Origin: Octopus bimaculoides
Taxonomy: Eukaryota
Direction: 5' to 3'
Assembly: GCF_001194135.2 (NCBI RefSeq)
Contig: NC_068991.1
Coordinates: 10,948,254 to 10,988,113, forward strand
Length of the DNA stretch: 39,860 bases
Shown here in pieces: positions 36,316 through 39,860 of this stretch. Positions within the stretch are counted from its first letter, which is position 1, and each line of letters begins with the position of its first letter. Position numbers and translations under genes: made by a program. The notes below the pieces were generated by a model. That model ran no database searches, was not told the origin of the DNA, and worked only from the letters and a program-made list of their open reading frames with translations.

Positions 36316-37190
36316 AACACTTCTGTACATACCTCTAAATGCATTTCTACATGTCTCTTTAGACATCTGTACAGATTCCTAAATACATCTCTGTAGACCA
36401 CTAAACACACCACTACAGACAGCTAAACACGTTCCTTCAGATCTCTTACTACACCACAACAAGCTTCTTCTAAACACATTCGTACAGCTCTCTAAACACA
36501 TCTCATCTGACCTTTCAACATGTTATTACAAATTTCTCCACATCTTTCCATAGCTTTCTCACGACAGCCTGACTGGCCTCTTAAACACATCTCTGTGAAA
36601 CACTAAACATATTCCTACAGATCTGCAGACACCTAAACACATACCTAAAGATCTCTGAAAAAAAAAAATTTTAAAGATCTCTAAACATATCTCTACAGAC
36701 ATTTAAACAGATCTCTAAGTCTCCTAAACATTTCTCTATTGATCTCTCTACAAATGTCCTTAGATATTTAAACACATCTTTACAGATTTCTATATATTTC
36801 TGTAGATCTCTAAACACATAGATAACTAAACTCACAGATATCTAAACACTATAGATCTCTAAGCACATTTCTACTGATCCCTAAACACATTTCACCAAAA
36901 TTTCTAAGATCTCTAAGCATATTTCTACCCATTTCTAAATATATATCTATAAATTTCCAAACACTACAGATCTCTAAGCACATCGTTTGAGGTTTCTAGA
37001 TGCTTCTATACATCCCTGAACACATCTCTACAGATCTCTAAACACTTTGCTACAGATCTCAAAACACATTGCTACAGATCTCTAAATATGTCTCTACAGA
37101 TTCATTAATGTTTCCATAGATCTCTAAACATCATTACATCTAAACACATCTCTACAGTCTAGCAAACACATTTTCACAGATTGCTAAACA
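36310..37190. repeat. Degenerate minisatellite of about 21-22 nt (TCTCTAAACACATCTCTACAGA)
   Basis: Dozens of diverged units with CTAAACAC and CTACAGA cores alternating. Confidence 0.85.
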
Positions 37191-37594
37191 GGTGTCTTTA
37201 GAGCCATGGCTGTCAACTCTCATCTGAGAGGTAAAAAACTTTCTTCACCCCCTCTACCTCATTTACAATAAACATCTAAACATTCTGACCCCTTCCAACA
37301 ATCATTGATCTCCATGATGCACCCCTACCTTCTACAATCTTTATATATTGATCTCAGTCACTGTACCCCTTAATTTCCTCACCATTCACTTCTGACCGTT
37401 CCAATGATCTTTCTACTAATACTACTACTCATTTCTCCTCCTCCTTCCCTCTTTGTGGTACCTGGCTTTAGAAATATATTATATTACTTTCACCTGATGT
37501 TTCAACATCACCTTTACTTTCTCTCTCATTCTCTCTCTTGACTCTGCTTTATATATTTCTATAATATCATCCTGATTCTATGTACAAATTTACA

Positions 37595-37596
<2 letters not shown>

Positions 37597-37669
<73 letters not shown>

Positions 37670-38183
37670 TTTATATATAAATATATGTACATATGCATGT
37701 ATATGCACGTACACACATGCATTTGAGTTTAACAAGCAAAAGTAACAAGTACTCAATACAATGTAGTAGAGTCCAACCATTTATTCATTCCCTACATTGC
37801 TAGCTTGACTCACTTTTCTTTCTGTTTTTCAAAGCACTGAGAAAAACGGAACAAAGCTATTCAGAGTAAAAATGGATGACAGCCCATCCTCAAACAAATG
37901 TATTCATATATACTTATATATAAATTCATCCATATTTCTAAAGGTATATATATATGTATATGTATATATAGAGCTTGTTTTTATGTGGAATTATATATTA
38001 AAAGAACATTAAACTGAAGGATCTCTCAATTTTATTTGTAGAGTACATATTTATTAATTCTTTTACGGGGAAAAAACTGAGAGTGACTTTGAAGTGTTGT
38101 CTTACTACGCAGCCTGTTAACAGCCAGTAGACCAAAGCTTTAAAGTCACTGTCAATCTTGTCATATATATACATATATATACA

Positions 38184-38279
<96 letters not shown>

Positions 38280-38499
38280 AATATATATATAATCTAATTA
38301 TAATTACACAAATTAATTTGACCCTAACTAAAGTCTATTCATGTTCATTTTTTGCTTACAATTTTTTTGCTTATTATTGGTTTTGTTTTTATTTCCCTGT
38401 TTTATTGAATTTTGTTTCGTTTTATTTGTTTCTGAAACCTTTTTGTTAATCATTGACTTTCATAAACCTTGATGTTATGGTCAGTCATCATTATGGATG

Positions 38500-38530
<31 letters not shown>

Positions 38531-38533
38531 CAT

Positions 38534-38571
<38 letters not shown>

Positions 38572-38753
38572 CCATCATCATCATCAGTTATACTCATTAC
38601 TGACATCCTTGTCATCACGATCGCCATCATAATCATCATCGTCATCATCAACATCTTCATCGTCATCCTCAACTTCAACTTCACCATCATTATCATCGTC
38701 ATCACAATCACCATTATCGACAACACCTAAACATTGCCTATCATGTATTATAT

Positions 38754-38793
<40 letters not shown>

Positions 38794-39081
38794 CACAACA
38801 TGCACACACACCCACACACAAATATTTATGTATGTGTGTGTATATATGGACATATATATATATATGTATATGTATACATATATCCATATAAATGTATATA
38901 TATATATATATACAAAATCACACACATATAGATACATATATACATGCATACATACCTCATGTAGGAACAACATGGCCAAACGGTTAAGCACAAGGATTTT
39001 GAACTGCAAGGGCCTTTGTTTGATATAACCTGAATTGAGTACATTTTGTTTTTTCTCTTTTGCTAAATGAAAGGTATGTGC

Positions 39082-39131
<50 letters not shown>

Positions 39132-39352
39132 GCATACCTACATACATACATAGATATATATATGTGTGTACGTATGTATGTATGCGAATATTGTGTATGT
39201 ATGTAAGTTTGTTTGCGCATATGTGTGAGTATGTGCATGTGTGCGTATATGCATAGTTGTCTGTATGTGTGTTCGTCATTCATATCTAATTGTGAGTATG
39301 CAAACATAAGTCTATATATATGTACACATGTGTGTATGGGTATGTATGTATG

Positions 39353-39419
<67 letters not shown>

Positions 39420-39626
39420 TTATGTGTGTGTGTGTATATATATATATACATATATATACATGTATATATGTGTATATATATGTGTCTATATATATATATA
39501 TATAAACTACATATTTTAATAAATAGCTATGAATGTCTGTATGCATGTATAAATTATGTCCGTCTATCAACTGATCTCTCAATATATCCATCAGTGTAGC
39601 TTTCTATTTAACCTAGCTATATATAT

Positions 39627-39657
<31 letters not shown>

Positions 39658-39726
39658 GAATCATATGTAATCATTTGAACATCCATTAACCACTGTATAT
39701 ACTGATATACACAAATAAATGCATAC

Positions 39727-39758
<32 letters not shown>

Positions 39759-39860
39759 GTATAATACACACACACACACACACACTCACACAGTCATATT
39801 TGTATCAACCATCAACTTCACATCAACTCGCCCATCATTATCACCACCACCACCACCACC
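37597..39860. repeat. Microsatellite-dense block: (TA)n, (CAT)n, (CA)n
   Basis: (TA)n at about 37597-37666, 38190-38270, 39085-39128 and 39360-39410; (CAT)n at about 38498-38720; (CA)n at about 38760-38790. Confidence 0.95.

Overview
AT-rich eukaryotic scaffold window with roughly 7 kb of N gaps, very dense microsatellites and many short retroposons. The repeat types point to an octopus/coleoid cephalopod genome (inference). One coding exon is well supported (148-362, +). It encodes an Akt/14-3-3-type motif (RDRAHSLP) followed by a BH3 helix (IGQELRRISDEY), i.e. a BAD/BIM-like BH3-only apoptosis protein whose 5' exons lie upstream of the window. Its C-terminal exon is uncertain; the best candidate is 20151-20240. 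The rest looks intronic or intergenic: tRNA-derived SINEs (clustered in ATT microsatellites), RTE-tail retroposons in head-to-head pairs, a decayed RTE LINE, a 3' fragment of an R4/Dong-like LINE nested in a SINE tail, and two degenerate minisatellites. The most unusual element is at 4694-5154: a tRNA-derived head flanked by long inverted arms, each carrying a minimal Penelope-type hammerhead ribozyme motif. Almost all long ORFs in the supplied track are artefacts of microsatellites and N gaps.
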